Assembly: GCA_050294405.1 (NCBI GenBank) | Contig: JBNKOC010000007.1 | Location: 1-64,000, forward strand | DNA from: Fibrobacteria bacterium | GTDB lineage: Bacteria; Fibrobacterota; Fibrobacteria; UBA11236; JADFYW01 | Length of the DNA stretch: 64,000 bases | Direction: 5' to 3' | In this document: one piece after another, positions 35,914 to 46,047 of the stretch | Layout of the letters: every line of letters starts with the position of its first letter | Position numbering within the stretch: position 1 is the first letter of the stretch | Program-made: the position numbers and the translations under genes | Notes under the pieces: generated by a model | What the model was told of the DNA's origin: nothing | Seen by the model: only the letters and a program-made list of their open reading frames with translations | Databases searched by the model: none

Positions 35914-37797
35914 ATGAGAAATTTCATAAAACATATTGTTATTATAAGTTCCTTACTTCCAGTCCTTCTATCGGCAAGTCCAAAACCTGCCTCTAACCCC
36001 TTATCAATAGCTGGTCTAATGGATAACCAGGCAAATTTTAAAATTTATCTGGAAGCTAAGGAGCAAATAAATATCAGTGAAAAGGCAATTGCAGAGCGTC
36101 AAAGTATTTATCAATTATTGCTTAATAATCAGCCTGCTCAGCATATTTGCGAAAGCTTATTGCAGCTAGAGAAGAAATTCAGCAATAAAATTTCTAACTC
36201 AGTTCCCGATTGGAAAGTGGAAGAAGCATATAACTCTCTGAATATCAACAATGTTACTGATACTCAAGAGTTACTAATACGGCAGGCATTACGCTCCCAT
36301 TTGTACTTTTCAGACCCACAAAATATATCAGAAGCCCAAAATCAAATGGAAATGGAATTAATAAAAAATCAGGCCGAAGAAGATGAAGCTCATCCCGCTT
36401 TGACCATTGCTGAATTAAGAATTAAAGCCAATCCTGATGGATGCGTGGCTAGTTTTCAATCGAAGGACTGTTTTATAACCGTTAAAGAATTTAACAACTA
36501 CCTTCCCTTAGCTGGAGAACAAAGAAACTTTACCCTCGAAGAAGCCAGAAAAAACATTCTTGAAAATTACGCCTTCCAAAAATTAAAAGCAAAAAAAAGT
36601 CAGGAACTCAATCCGGATATAGATAAAGATGAATTATTGAAAAAAGTTAAAGAGGGAATTGAATATTACGAAACCAGGAAAGCTCTTTTGGGAATGGGTA
36701 GACCCGTTACGGACCCCAAAATTTTGTTTTATACCTATCAAAAATATTACAAACAATATTTTTCAGGAAGAGATAGTGTTCTGATGAAGGTACTTGCATC
36801 CAGCGATTCTAATTATATAAAATCCTTATACAACAATTATGCAGAGCCAGTAAACAAAGCCATATCAAATAATCAGCCGCATAACAACAGTACCATAGAT
36901 TCCTTAGCCTGGCTAAAATTCAATGAATGGGAATTGCCCTTAGAATTGGTGGCCCCAACCGATACCTTTTATGAAGGGCAAATCACAAAACCCATACAAA
37001 CAAATTCGGGATATTTTTTAGTGAGGTTGGAAAAAATTGTTTCGATACCAAAAATTGAATTTAAGGATGCCCATAGTAAATGCATCTATCTTGCCACAAG
37101 GGATAAGTTTTTAAATTATGATTCAGTAATAAATGAAAAGGCCTTCGATTATTATCAAAAAAACAAGTCTTCTTATGTAACCCCAGATACTGTTTTATAC
37201 CAATTTTGGCTCGCTCCCAAAAACAGCTACTCTTCTGTTGAAGCCTTTACTAAAGATACCAATTCAATACTTCCTTTAATAAAAAGAGACACAGATTTAC
37301 CATTTTCTATGATTGACAAATACGCAATAAACAATAAAACTCACGAATTACAAATTTATAATCACAAATTTGGGCAAATGTTGGTGAAAATTCTTGAGGT
37401 AAAAAAAGGAAGACTGAAGGTTCCCTATTCCCATGTTAAGGCTGAAATTTTGCAGAAAATAATTCCTGACGACAAAATTTTTCAGCCAAGCTACGCCAAC
37501 ATTTCTCCCGAAGACAGCCTGCTAAGAGAAAAAATTTATATAGATATGGGCACCAGGAATTTAATTTTTAAAAACATAGAGCAGGAAATCGAAGGATATA
37601 CTGATGAAGAAATTAAAATGGCCATGGAAAATGGCGAAATAGAGCTATCAAAGATACCTTCTGATTTGGATGAAGAAAGACGCATAGTTCTTGCGAAACA
37701 AAATTTAAAAATGTCTCATATCGAAAAAGCCCAAATGGCCATTGAAGAAAAATATAAATCCCTTAAATTTGCCACAGACTTGCTGGCTACCAAATAA
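35914..37797 (+). CDS. Exported parvulin-type PPIase/chaperone-like protein (SurA/PpiD-like, degenerate)
   Basis: Signal peptide; LPLELV...EGQITKPIQTNSGYFLVRLEK and FGQMLVKILEVKKG...PYSHVKAEI rotamase-like segments. Confidence 0.6.
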   Translation: MRNFIKHIVIISSLLPVLLSASPKPASNPLSIAGLMDNQANFKIYLEAKEQINISEKAIAERQSIYQLLLNNQPAQHICESLLQLEKKFSNKISNSVPDWKVEEAYNSLNINNVTDTQELLIRQALRSHLYFSDPQNISEAQNQMEMELIKNQAEEDEAHPALTIAELRIKANPDGCVASFQSKDCFITVKEFNNYLPLAGEQRNFTLEEARKNILENYAFQKLKAKKSQELNPDIDKDELLKKVKEGIEYYETRKALLGMGRPVTDPKILFYTYQKYYKQYFSGRDSVLMKVLASSDSNYIKSLYNNYAEPVNKAISNNQPHNNSTIDSLAWLKFNEWELPLELVAPTDTFYEGQITKPIQTNSGYFLVRLEKIVSIPKIEFKDAHSKCIYLATRDKFLNYDSVINEKAFDYYQKNKSSYVTPDTVLYQFWLAPKNSYSSVEAFTKDTNSILPLIKRDTDLPFSMIDKYAINNKTHELQIYNHKFGQMLVKILEVKKGRLKVPYSHVKAEILQKIIPDDKIFQPSYANISPEDSLLREKIYIDMGTRNLIFKNIEQEIEGYTDEEIKMAMENGEIELSKIPSDLDEERRIVLAKQNLKMSHIEKAQMAIEEKYKSLKFATDLLATK

Positions 37798-37818
37798 TTT
37801 CCCTCCATTCCCAATGAA

Positions 37819-37855
37819 AAATATAGGCGGAATTGCTCCAATTTCGCCTATATTT
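37819..37855 (+). terminator. Long hairpin, probable terminator
   Basis: aaatataggcggaattg-ctc-caatttcgcctatattt. Confidence 0.65.
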
Positions 37856-37981
37856 GTGGTGGTCTGAGAAAATACCAAGCCCAGCACTGCATTTTTATTA
37901 CTTTGAAATTTTGTCAAAAAAGAGTTTTCTTCGGTAAACTCTCTGGGTTATCCACCTTTAAAATAGAGTTCTGATTTTTCT

Positions 37982-39568
37982 ATGGAAATAATTAACCTTA
38001 TAACCTTTGCTGGCTGCACTTTGCTAGTAGCCATCCTCTCTTTTATTCTTACAAAAAACGACGACCACGATTCCAATGTTGGGTATTTTCTCGGAGGCCG
38101 ACGGCTGACTGGTGGGGTCATAGCTGGTTCACTAATGCTGACCAATTTATCAACTGAGCAATTGGTTGGACTAAACGGAGTCTCTTATTTAGAGGGTATG
38201 GTTTGCATTGCCTGGGAAACTCTCGCGGGTTTAGCCCTTGTGGTCATGGCCCTGGTATTTTTGCCGAGATATTTAAAAAGTGGCATAACCACAATTCCCC
38301 AGTTTATGGAAGAGCGCTTCGATCACACCACCAGAACTATTGCCACTTTTCTTTTCCTTTCCGGGTACGCCATAGTGCTCTTGCCAATGGTTTTATATTC
38401 AGGTGCCTTGGCTTTTACAGGCATGTTTGATTTGCCTCATACACTAGGCATTAGCCATACCGCCTCAGTGTGGCTTTGCGTTTGGGCTATTGGAATAGCG
38501 GGTTCCTTGTATGCTATTATTGGCGGGTTACGTACCGTGGCCATTTCCGATACCATTAATGGGATTGGACTAATCATAGGTGGTTTAGCCATTCCTTTTT
38601 TTGGAGTATTGTATCTGGGAGAAGGAAGTTTTGCTGCGGGAATTTCTGCTTTAAAAAACAATCACCCAGAGCTGCTCAATTCAGTGGGTCGAGCAGATCA
38701 ATCTGTGCCTTTTGGCACTTTATTTACAGGCATGGTTTTGGTCCAGTTGTTCTATTGGTGCGGCAACCAGCAAATTATCCAGCGGACCTTTGGCGCAAAA
38801 AATTTGGTGGAAGGGCAAAAGGGAGTATTGCTTGCCGGTTTTTTAAAAACCTTAGGTCCCCTTATTTTAGTTGTCCCGGGAATGATAGCCTTTCACATAT
38901 TCGGAAATACTCTGGAACGCCCGGATATGGCTTATGGTATGTTAGTGAAAGAAGTTCTGCCTGGCTGGTTGGTAGGCTTTTTTGCCGCAGTGCTGGCAGG
39001 TGCCATATTAAGCTCCTTTAACAGCGGGCTCAATTCCGCCTGTACGCTCTATGGTTTGGGAGTTTACAAGGGAATAATTAAAAAAGAAGCCAATGAACAT
39101 CAAACGGTGAAATCGGGAAAAATATTCGGAATATTTTTAGCCATTTTTGCTATGTCCACAGCCCCCCTTATTGCCAATGCTCCCGAAGGGCTATTTGGAT
39201 ATTTGCAAACCGTCAATGGGGCCTATGCCATTCCCATTTTTTCTGTGATATTAGTGGGATTTTTTGCCCGGCGGGTCCCCCCTATCGCTGCTAAAATTGG
39301 TCTTATTACTGGAGTCGTTTTTTACTCAGCTACAGCCATATACATGAAGCCTAATATACACTACTTGCATTTAATGGGTTTCTTTTTTGTGTTTAACATA
39401 GTTCTTATGCTGGTCATTGGCTTTTTTGTAAAACGCGAAACTGCCTGGGTGCACCAACATTCCGGCGATGTGGACCTCACTCCCTGGAAGCACGCTAAAC
39501 TTGCGGCATTAATTATTGTGGTGGTAGTTCTGATTTCTTATATCAGTTTCTCACCCTTGTTTATTTAA
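37982..39568 (+). CDS. Solute:sodium symporter (SSS family, YidK-like)
   Basis: GYFLGGRRL, SLMLTNLSTEQLVGLNG, GGLRTVAISD, NQQIIQR, AILSSFNSGLNS; about 13 TM. Confidence 0.93.
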   Translation: MEIINLITFAGCTLLVAILSFILTKNDDHDSNVGYFLGGRRLTGGVIAGSLMLTNLSTEQLVGLNGVSYLEGMVCIAWETLAGLALVVMALVFLPRYLKSGITTIPQFMEERFDHTTRTIATFLFLSGYAIVLLPMVLYSGALAFTGMFDLPHTLGISHTASVWLCVWAIGIAGSLYAIIGGLRTVAISDTINGIGLIIGGLAIPFFGVLYLGEGSFAAGISALKNNHPELLNSVGRADQSVPFGTLFTGMVLVQLFYWCGNQQIIQRTFGAKNLVEGQKGVLLAGFLKTLGPLILVVPGMIAFHIFGNTLERPDMAYGMLVKEVLPGWLVGFFAAVLAGAILSSFNSGLNSACTLYGLGVYKGIIKKEANEHQTVKSGKIFGIFLAIFAMSTAPLIANAPEGLFGYLQTVNGAYAIPIFSVILVGFFARRVPPIAAKIGLITGVVFYSATAIYMKPNIHYLHLMGFFFVFNIVLMLVIGFFVKRETAWVHQHSGDVDLTPWKHAKLAALIIVVVVLISYISFSPLFI

Positions 39569-39712
39569 ACCCAGGTTAGAAATAATTGTGGAGTTTTACC
39601 AAAATACACCACTTTGCAAAGCTACTGACTTCCAGAGGTTTAGAAGATTTGGGAGTAGAACCCGGTAAACCTATATTAGATAGGGATAATTAATCTTTTC
39701 AGAAAGCCTATT

Positions 39713-40375
39713 ATGAAAACTATTACCCTTTTCATGTTTTTGTTGTGTGCAACCATTCCCGTTTGGAGCGACTCCACCGGAGTACTAAATGCTGAAGGCG
39801 GCCTTGATGTGGAAAAAGTCAAAGCCCTTTATTTTAATGCAGATTTTGATAACTTAATAACAGAACTGGAGAACTATCGTAAATCCCAGCCCGAAGCATC
39901 CACCGATGACAAAATAATTTGGAACAAATACCTGGGTGTTGTTTATGCATCGAAGCCCGACACAGAAAAAAAGGGCGAAGCGTTTATATACCAATGGATT
40001 AGTCTGGACCCCAACCCTCAAATTGCCGACTTATTTGTATCCGAAAAAATTAGAGAAATTTTTGAACAGCAGAAACAAGATTATGAAACAGTTCAAAAAT
40101 CTTCCAACAAATCAACATCTACTTCGAGTATTGCAGCCTCGTCCAATTCAAACGACCTGTCAAATTCATCCAGCATGGTAAAACCATCTGACAATGGTAA
40201 GAATCAGGAACAAAGTTCTAGTGCTGACAAAAATAAAAGCTGGGTTTGGTGGACAGCAGGAGCAGGTGCTGTGGTTGCTGTGGCAACAACCTTTTTGCTG
40301 ACTAGCGGAGGAGATCCTGAACCCGAGACCTCGAAGTCTGCCGAAGTAACTATTAGTTGGCCGGTACCCCAATGA
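39713..40375 (+). CDS. Hypothetical exported protein with a TPR-like helical domain and C-terminal hydrophobic segment
   Basis: Signal peptide; KYLGVVYAS..EAFIYQWISLDP; Ser-rich linker; WVWWTAGAGAVVAVATTFLL. Confidence 0.7.
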   Translation: MKTITLFMFLLCATIPVWSDSTGVLNAEGGLDVEKVKALYFNADFDNLITELENYRKSQPEASTDDKIIWNKYLGVVYASKPDTEKKGEAFIYQWISLDPNPQIADLFVSEKIREIFEQQKQDYETVQKSSNKSTSTSSIAASSNSNDLSNSSSMVKPSDNGKNQEQSSSADKNKSWVWWTAGAGAVVAVATTFLLTSGGDPEPETSKSAEVTISWPVPQ

Positions 40376-41790
40376 GATATAAACTCCAACTCTTTTTGAG
40401 TTTTGCGCTACTAGCAGCTTTCATGGGCTGCCTGTCTGATTCAGGAAATGGAACCGTAGAAAAATTAAGCATACGACTTGAAGCACCGCCTTCGAATGTA
40501 ACAGTGGACAGCGTGGTGGGAGTTTTAGAACCGGGTTCAAATCGTTTGGTATTCACTAAAGTGTCGGACAATTCCTATAAAGGCAATTGGGATCCTATTC
40601 CAGAAAACCCCGGCACCCTTAATTTTGAAATCTGGTCTGGCGATGTTGTTATTAGCTCTGGCAGCGTGGGGTGGGATCCTAGCCAGGAAGAAATAGAACT
40701 TACTTCCACCTGGGATGCGGAGGCTATTGCCTCTTTGCAAAAAGATAGCATTGATAACCCCTTTAACATTCAGGTGGCTTGGCTTGCCGCACCTGCGGCG
40801 AATATTGAAGCTCCTCTGGTGTACTTTTGGAATGGAGATTCTGTAATCAGGCTGACCTCCGAATTTGATTCTGATAGAAATCTTAGATTGTCTGAAACCA
40901 GACTAGTATGGCTCAGGGGATCTGGTACATCAGGCGAAGTGTATGCATATGAAAATCAAACTTATGCACCAGCCACTTCCAATTCCCTGGAAGAGCGAGA
41001 TCTCATGCAATGGGACGAGCTTCTAGCCTGGACAGTAGAAGATGGGGCAGAATTCCAGGTACGGTTACAGGAAGGGAATGAACCTGTGGAAATTATCCAT
41101 CGCAGCGACTTGGATGTATACAACCCTTCCGCCTCTGATGAACTTATTACCTGGGGTGAAAAAATCGAAACCCAAACCAGTTCCTACATTTCCACCATTT
41201 TTGTAAAACACCGGGATTCACTAAACAACAATCCAGTGAAACTGGGTAGAGACTATAATGAAGCACCCCAGGCCTCTCTCGATAATGTATTCTGGTTTTA
41301 CAACGCACAATTGAGCAAATGGAACCATAGCGAGGATTCAACTTATAACACTTTTATATCCGGTACAAACCTGGTTATCCGCAATCTCTCAGTTTGGGAT
41401 GGAAAAGCGGCAGGTTATTACCAGGATGGCAACAAACAAGAAATATTTTTCTGGGATGGTATTCAGGATGAAATTTTGGAGGTATCGGGGTTGGACAATT
41501 CTCCTGAATCCGGCACTAACCCTTATTTACATGGAAACCAACTTGTTTGGTTAGCTCGGCTTGATGATGAACAAGAAGTGTACCATATGGATATGGAAAA
41601 CCAAAAGGCTACTAACTTAACCCAATCACGGGATAGCTACACTAACCCCAGAGTATATGAAAGATCAGAAGCCATTTATGCCCTTTGGATTCGGGGCGGC
41701 GAATTAGTTCTTAAAAATATTACTCTTGACAAAGACACTGTTCTTTCCGATTCGGGTTGGACTGTTAGCGAAGCTGTTTTCCCCCAATAA
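40372..41790 (+). CDS. Lipoprotein with probable beta-propeller
   Basis: ATG 40372 (ATGA overlap); lipobox FMGC; repeated YFWNG/FFWDG and LVW motifs. Confidence 0.7.
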   Translation: MRYKLQLFLSFALLAAFMGCLSDSGNGTVEKLSIRLEAPPSNVTVDSVVGVLEPGSNRLVFTKVSDNSYKGNWDPIPENPGTLNFEIWSGDVVISSGSVGWDPSQEEIELTSTWDAEAIASLQKDSIDNPFNIQVAWLAAPAANIEAPLVYFWNGDSVIRLTSEFDSDRNLRLSETRLVWLRGSGTSGEVYAYENQTYAPATSNSLEERDLMQWDELLAWTVEDGAEFQVRLQEGNEPVEIIHRSDLDVYNPSASDELITWGEKIETQTSSYISTIFVKHRDSLNNNPVKLGRDYNEAPQASLDNVFWFYNAQLSKWNHSEDSTYNTFISGTNLVIRNLSVWDGKAAGYYQDGNKQEIFFWDGIQDEILEVSGLDNSPESGTNPYLHGNQLVWLARLDDEQEVYHMDMENQKATNLTQSRDSYTNPRVYERSEAIYALWIRGGELVLKNITLDKDTVLSDSGWTVSEAVFPQ

Positions 41791-41793
41791 AAG

Positions 41794-41817
41794 AAGGCCT
41801 TTCCGAAGAAAGGCCTT
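41794..41817. terminator. Hairpin between convergent genes
   Basis: aaggcctttc-cgaa-gaaaggcctt. Confidence 0.7.
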
Positions 41818-41866
41818 AGATTAATTATTGGTTGCGCGAAATTGCCATTAAACCAATTCCATAATT

Positions 41867-44800
41867 TCAATTCTGATTATTGGATTCCACAAACCTAAAC
41901 CGCTGGTTTTCTCTATAATGGCAATCCCATTGAATCACATTGGCACCGTCATTGGTTTGAACGTTATAAATATCCACGCAGCGTTGGCTGTGTTTAAACT
42001 TAAAGCTATAGGTACCATTATTGTGATCTACTAACTCAAACATTTGGTTGTTTCTATCTTGGAGGGGTTTTAAGGGCCATTGGATAACCGAGGCACCATT
42101 AGCCGAACTTCCATTATTAATATCAACAACCTGCCCACTATGCTCAAACTTTAAACTGTAAAACCCATCCGGTTCCGGATTTAAAGTCAGCTTTTGATGA
42201 TTATAACTGTCATTGCATGTTTGTTGCTCGACATTAGCAGCATTGGCTGTGCTTCCATTTACAACACCCAAACATTTTCCGCTGTGCACATATTGTACCT
42301 GGTAGGGCACTCCTGGTTGAGGACCATCTGGAATATGAAATAAGCTGCCATCTCCAGGGTCTGAAGGATGAACCCAATTTGTTCCACCATTAGGATCATA
42401 ACCAAAGCCTGGGAAAGTACGAGGGCCACTTCCTCCACTTCCATTGCTTATGCGCAGCTCAAATTTATGGTATCCAGGAGTTAAATTAAGGTTACCTGTA
42501 GAGGTTCTGTCGTTCCAATTGTCTGAACTGAGCCTCAGGACATCATCAATATACAAGCGAACTTTGTCATCAATGTCTTCTGTAAAAGAAATATTGCCAT
42601 CGGCATCATAGATCATGCCTGTATATATTTCCGTGGTGTTTCCAGCAATACTATTTTCTGTTTCACTTAAGCTAGTAGTAATAGAGGTTTTGGGGTTTGC
42701 TGCAGTGGTATTAATGTTACCGGCAACTGTGCCATAATGCAGGCCTGGGGTTCCGGAGATGCCGGGGGTGCCGCCGCCCGTTTGGTAAGTGGCGGTTAAT
42801 GTGGCTGGATTATCATAAGAATACACAGTGAGATACCAATTTCCACTTTGTTGCCAATCCCCAATATTAATTTCAGGTGTATTAATATCACATACATAAG
42901 GAGGTGAGTTACTCCAGCATGATGCGGCAGGACCGTCCCTATCTTTTACATTATAATTGACCCAGAACATTGAACCACCGCTATTCTGAAAAATAACATT
43001 AACTACCAGGGAGCCTGGAGTATAATTTGATGGAACTTCCAATAAATACGTTGTTTTGGAAAAATCATTGCTTACAATATTTTGGATAGGTATATCTTTT
43101 TGGATAGTACCTAATACATTTACCCCTGTCTCCATAGGTTCTGATACATTTCCAACTCTATCTATTTCCCAAATTTTAAGTCTGTGTTCCCCTACGAATG
43201 TTTCAACTCTAAATGTTGATGAAGTAGTGGTGTAATTCCTAGTAACTGTACCAAATTTATCTTCAATTAAAAAAGTACCTATCCCACCACCTTGAGAAGC
43301 AATTTGAATACCAGGATTGAATGTCAAATTATCTAAAACCATAACTGATGGGATATTAGGTCCTTTTGTATCAATATAGGCTTCTGTCGAATGCCCTTGA
43401 ATTATTTCCAAAGGAAAATATTCAGACTCAATAGCTGCAGCAAAGTTATCTCCTCCAGTACCCTCTTTGTGGAGCCCTCGTATATAATATTTCTTATTTG
43501 CTCGTAAATAAACCCAATCGGAAACTTGGGAAGCATATTTATTCCACTGCCTTGTATTTGTCCACCCCAAATGATCGGCAACTAGTTTGGAATTATCTGG
43601 ATTGTCATCAGAACTCAGCCAAAGCTGTACGTTATCATCTCCAGCCACATAAAACCGATAATATCCAGACATTGGGGGGTAATAATAACCATGAATTTGA
43701 GTACCGTAGTTATCTCCAGATTCACCCTGTATATTGGTGGGAGCTTCAAATTGGGAAACCAAATTTGTTGAGGAATATTCTTCCTCCCAATCTGGGGAAA
43801 TTTCAAGATCAGAAACAGATGATCCCGAAATTCCATTCCAGACATCTCTAGTTAGATTTCCAACAGGTGGACCAGCATCATAGTCAACTGATAAAGTGAC
43901 ACCCCCATAATTTGAAGCCCCAATCACATTTATATAATATATTCTTCCATCATAAAACGAACATATCTCATTGTTTCCAGAGGTTTGGCTCACACAATCA
44001 TGTCTATTGCCATTATCATCAAAATACCAAATATTTAAATCGGCATTTCCATAGTTTCCATTTTGCCCAGTAAGTCTAAACTCCACATTGGAAGTATAGT
44101 GATCAATTTCCGCAATAAAATAGTCCGAATAGCCAGACAAATTGGTTGCCGGATAATACTTCCCTATTTTTTTGGGTGGATCCACTTCTGCTCTTAAAGT
44201 CACTCCTTGAAATGAATTATATGCTTTTACCATAATATAATACGTTGTTGGTTCTGACCAATTGGGGTACAACGGGCAAACTTCATTATTAGTTCCTCCG
44301 GTACCTTGGCAAGCTATAGTACTGCCATCACCAATTACCGGGAGCTGTTCTTTACCAATATATAAATCAGCATCTCCGGTCCCTCCTTCAAGAATAATTC
44401 GTAAATTTTGGTGGAAGCCAGGAATCTCAAATTTAAACCAAGCAACCCCACCTGTTCCTCTTGCTAAATTTTCATGAATCATATTTTCATGTAAATCTGG
44501 CTTGGTTAACTTCATTTCAGCGGCAAGGGGTGCAATTAATTCTAAAGCAAGTGAAGCATTTGCATTAGTGGCATTGCCAATAGGTATTCCAACATGCCCT
44601 CCTCTGCCCACAAAAGAGCCATGATCTACGTTTGGGTTGGAAAATCCGTGAACTCTATTTGGATACTCAATTTCAAAGTCCATCATTGTACCCCACTGTT
44701 GCCCGTTAACTTCGTATTGGTATCCGTAGGCAAAATCAAATAACCCTGAGGATGAAAGTCCCGTGTGATGCAGCCCTAAAACGTGACCTACTTCATGAGT

Positions 44801-45304
44801 AAAGACAAAATCAACTCCTCCACGATATTGGCCAGTGGCAAACGCAATAGACGGATCACAAATTCCTTCCTCCCCTTTACAGGCTAGTTCTGCGCAACCC
44901 GCTACCCCTTCGTCATCAGATTGGCTATACCTGTGCAACCTTCCGAAAAATACTACGTCAACTCCCTGATTTATTCGAATATTTTGAAAAATAGATCCCG
45001 GAGCTTTCATATCATCTAAGATATCCCTAAAACAGTCTTGATTTAATTCATCTTTAAAATCTAGCTCTTGGGCATATACTATTTCCATTTCCAAATTTGG
45101 AATATGACTGTTAAAAAGAGCTTGGTTAAATTGTCCTTCTTGTTCAGCCATTAAAAAGGTCCCTATGGCTGTTGGATCCATTTGAGTCCTCAAAACATCC
45201 CCTAAATTTTTAGACCAAATGTATGCAACTTTTAATTTATTGAATTGTGACCAGCCGTTGGAAACAATTCCTACAATAACAAAAAGTAAAAACCATTTTC
45301 TCAT
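41867..45304 (-). CDS. Secreted metzincin metalloprotease (M12B/reprolysin-like) with PPC, PA14 and ricin-B lectin domains
   Basis: Signal peptide; HEVGHVLGLHH, GTMM Met-turn, FSNP; PPC GGTGDADLYI; PA14 GYYRFYVAGDD..LWLS; QxW ricin repeats. Confidence 0.88.
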   Translation of the reverse strand: MRKWFLLFVIVGIVSNGWSQFNKLKVAYIWSKNLGDVLRTQMDPTAIGTFLMAEQEGQFNQALFNSHIPNLEMEIVYAQELDFKDELNQDCFRDILDDMKAPGSIFQNIRINQGVDVVFFGRLHRYSQSDDEGVAGCAELACKGEEGICDPSIAFATGQYRGGVDFVFTHEVGHVLGLHHTGLSSSGLFDFAYGYQYEVNGQQWGTMMDFEIEYPNRVHGFSNPNVDHGSFVGRGGHVGIPIGNATNANASLALELIAPLAAEMKLTKPDLHENMIHENLARGTGGVAWFKFEIPGFHQNLRIILEGGTGDADLYIGKEQLPVIGDGSTIACQGTGGTNNEVCPLYPNWSEPTTYYIMVKAYNSFQGVTLRAEVDPPKKIGKYYPATNLSGYSDYFIAEIDHYTSNVEFRLTGQNGNYGNADLNIWYFDDNGNRHDCVSQTSGNNEICSFYDGRIYYINVIGASNYGGVTLSVDYDAGPPVGNLTRDVWNGISGSSVSDLEISPDWEEEYSSTNLVSQFEAPTNIQGESGDNYGTQIHGYYYPPMSGYYRFYVAGDDNVQLWLSSDDNPDNSKLVADHLGWTNTRQWNKYASQVSDWVYLRANKKYYIRGLHKEGTGGDNFAAAIESEYFPLEIIQGHSTEAYIDTKGPNIPSVMVLDNLTFNPGIQIASQGGGIGTFLIEDKFGTVTRNYTTTSSTFRVETFVGEHRLKIWEIDRVGNVSEPMETGVNVLGTIQKDIPIQNIVSNDFSKTTYLLEVPSNYTPGSLVVNVIFQNSGGSMFWVNYNVKDRDGPAASCWSNSPPYVCDINTPEINIGDWQQSGNWYLTVYSYDNPATLTATYQTGGGTPGISGTPGLHYGTVAGNINTTAANPKTSITTSLSETENSIAGNTTEIYTGMIYDADGNISFTEDIDDKVRLYIDDVLRLSSDNWNDRTSTGNLNLTPGYHKFELRISNGSGGSGPRTFPGFGYDPNGGTNWVHPSDPGDGSLFHIPDGPQPGVPYQVQYVHSGKCLGVVNGSTANAANVEQQTCNDSYNHQKLTLNPEPDGFYSLKFEHSGQVVDINNGSSANGASVIQWPLKPLQDRNNQMFELVDHNNGTYSFKFKHSQRCVDIYNVQTNDGANVIQWDCHYRENQRFRFVESNNQN

Positions 45305-45876
45305 TTTTCCCCTCCATTACTTGTATGGTCCATACCACATTCTAAGGCATTTGAGGCAGGTTCCATTTCTGACACTACATAATTATCATCTTGAGACGGT
45401 AATACTTGAATCGGATTTTGCCCAGGTATGGATACAGACCCACTCATCTTTCCTCCGCTAAAAACCAGCACCACACTGGAACCAGCTTCCCCCTCAACAT
45501 GCCCCCTTACAGAGGTATACTCAAACTTCTCCCAATCGGTTAGCTCTCTTTCTTCCTTGTCACTAACAATTTGCTTAGCCTTTTTCTCTTTAACATGGTC
45601 TACAACAAAAGGAATCACTTCTCCAGAAAATAATTCCAGATAAATAACATCTTCCGATGATTCTGCCCTCTGCGGCTGATTCACCTGACGGGCATGGCTA
45701 TTGTCCCTAGGTTCAGTCAATTTACGTTCCGCAATTCTTTCTTTAATAATTAGGGCCTGTTCTAGTATTTCCTGGCCATTATGATGAGGATTGCTTTTTC
45801 GGATGGAGTTTCCCTGGCCAAAACTGGCCGAGCCCCCAATACCCAATAACAAAAATATTGTGCATATCTTTAACAT
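45301..45876 (-). CDS. Stand-alone secreted protein resembling a reprolysin propeptide
   Basis: Signal peptide; YLELFSGE, VRGHVEGEAGSSVVLVFSGGKMSGSV, C-terminal ECGMDH cysteine-switch-like motif; ATGA overlap with the protease. Confidence 0.7.
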   Translation of the reverse strand: MLKICTIFLLLGIGGSASFGQGNSIRKSNPHHNGQEILEQALIIKERIAERKLTEPRDNSHARQVNQPQRAESSEDVIYLELFSGEVIPFVVDHVKEKKAKQIVSDKEERELTDWEKFEYTSVRGHVEGEAGSSVVLVFSGGKMSGSVSIPGQNPIQVLPSQDDNYVVSEMEPASNALECGMDHTSNGGEK

Positions 45877-46047
45877 GTTGTTTCCTTTATGTTTTTTTAT
45901 GTTTTAAGCTGAAATTAATTCAATGGTTATGTTCAAATTTTTTAGTGTTGTTAAACAACGTTAATCATTGAGACACCAGAAAGGATTTGTTCATTCCTTG
46001 ATTCATTGTTGGTTTGCTATGCATTTTTTGCGATTATTCCAAAAATT

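Noticed and set aside
45290..45320. Frameshifted protease pseudogene
   Set aside because: The downstream ORF has its own RBS and signal peptide, so a real two-gene arrangement is more likely; read data are still needed
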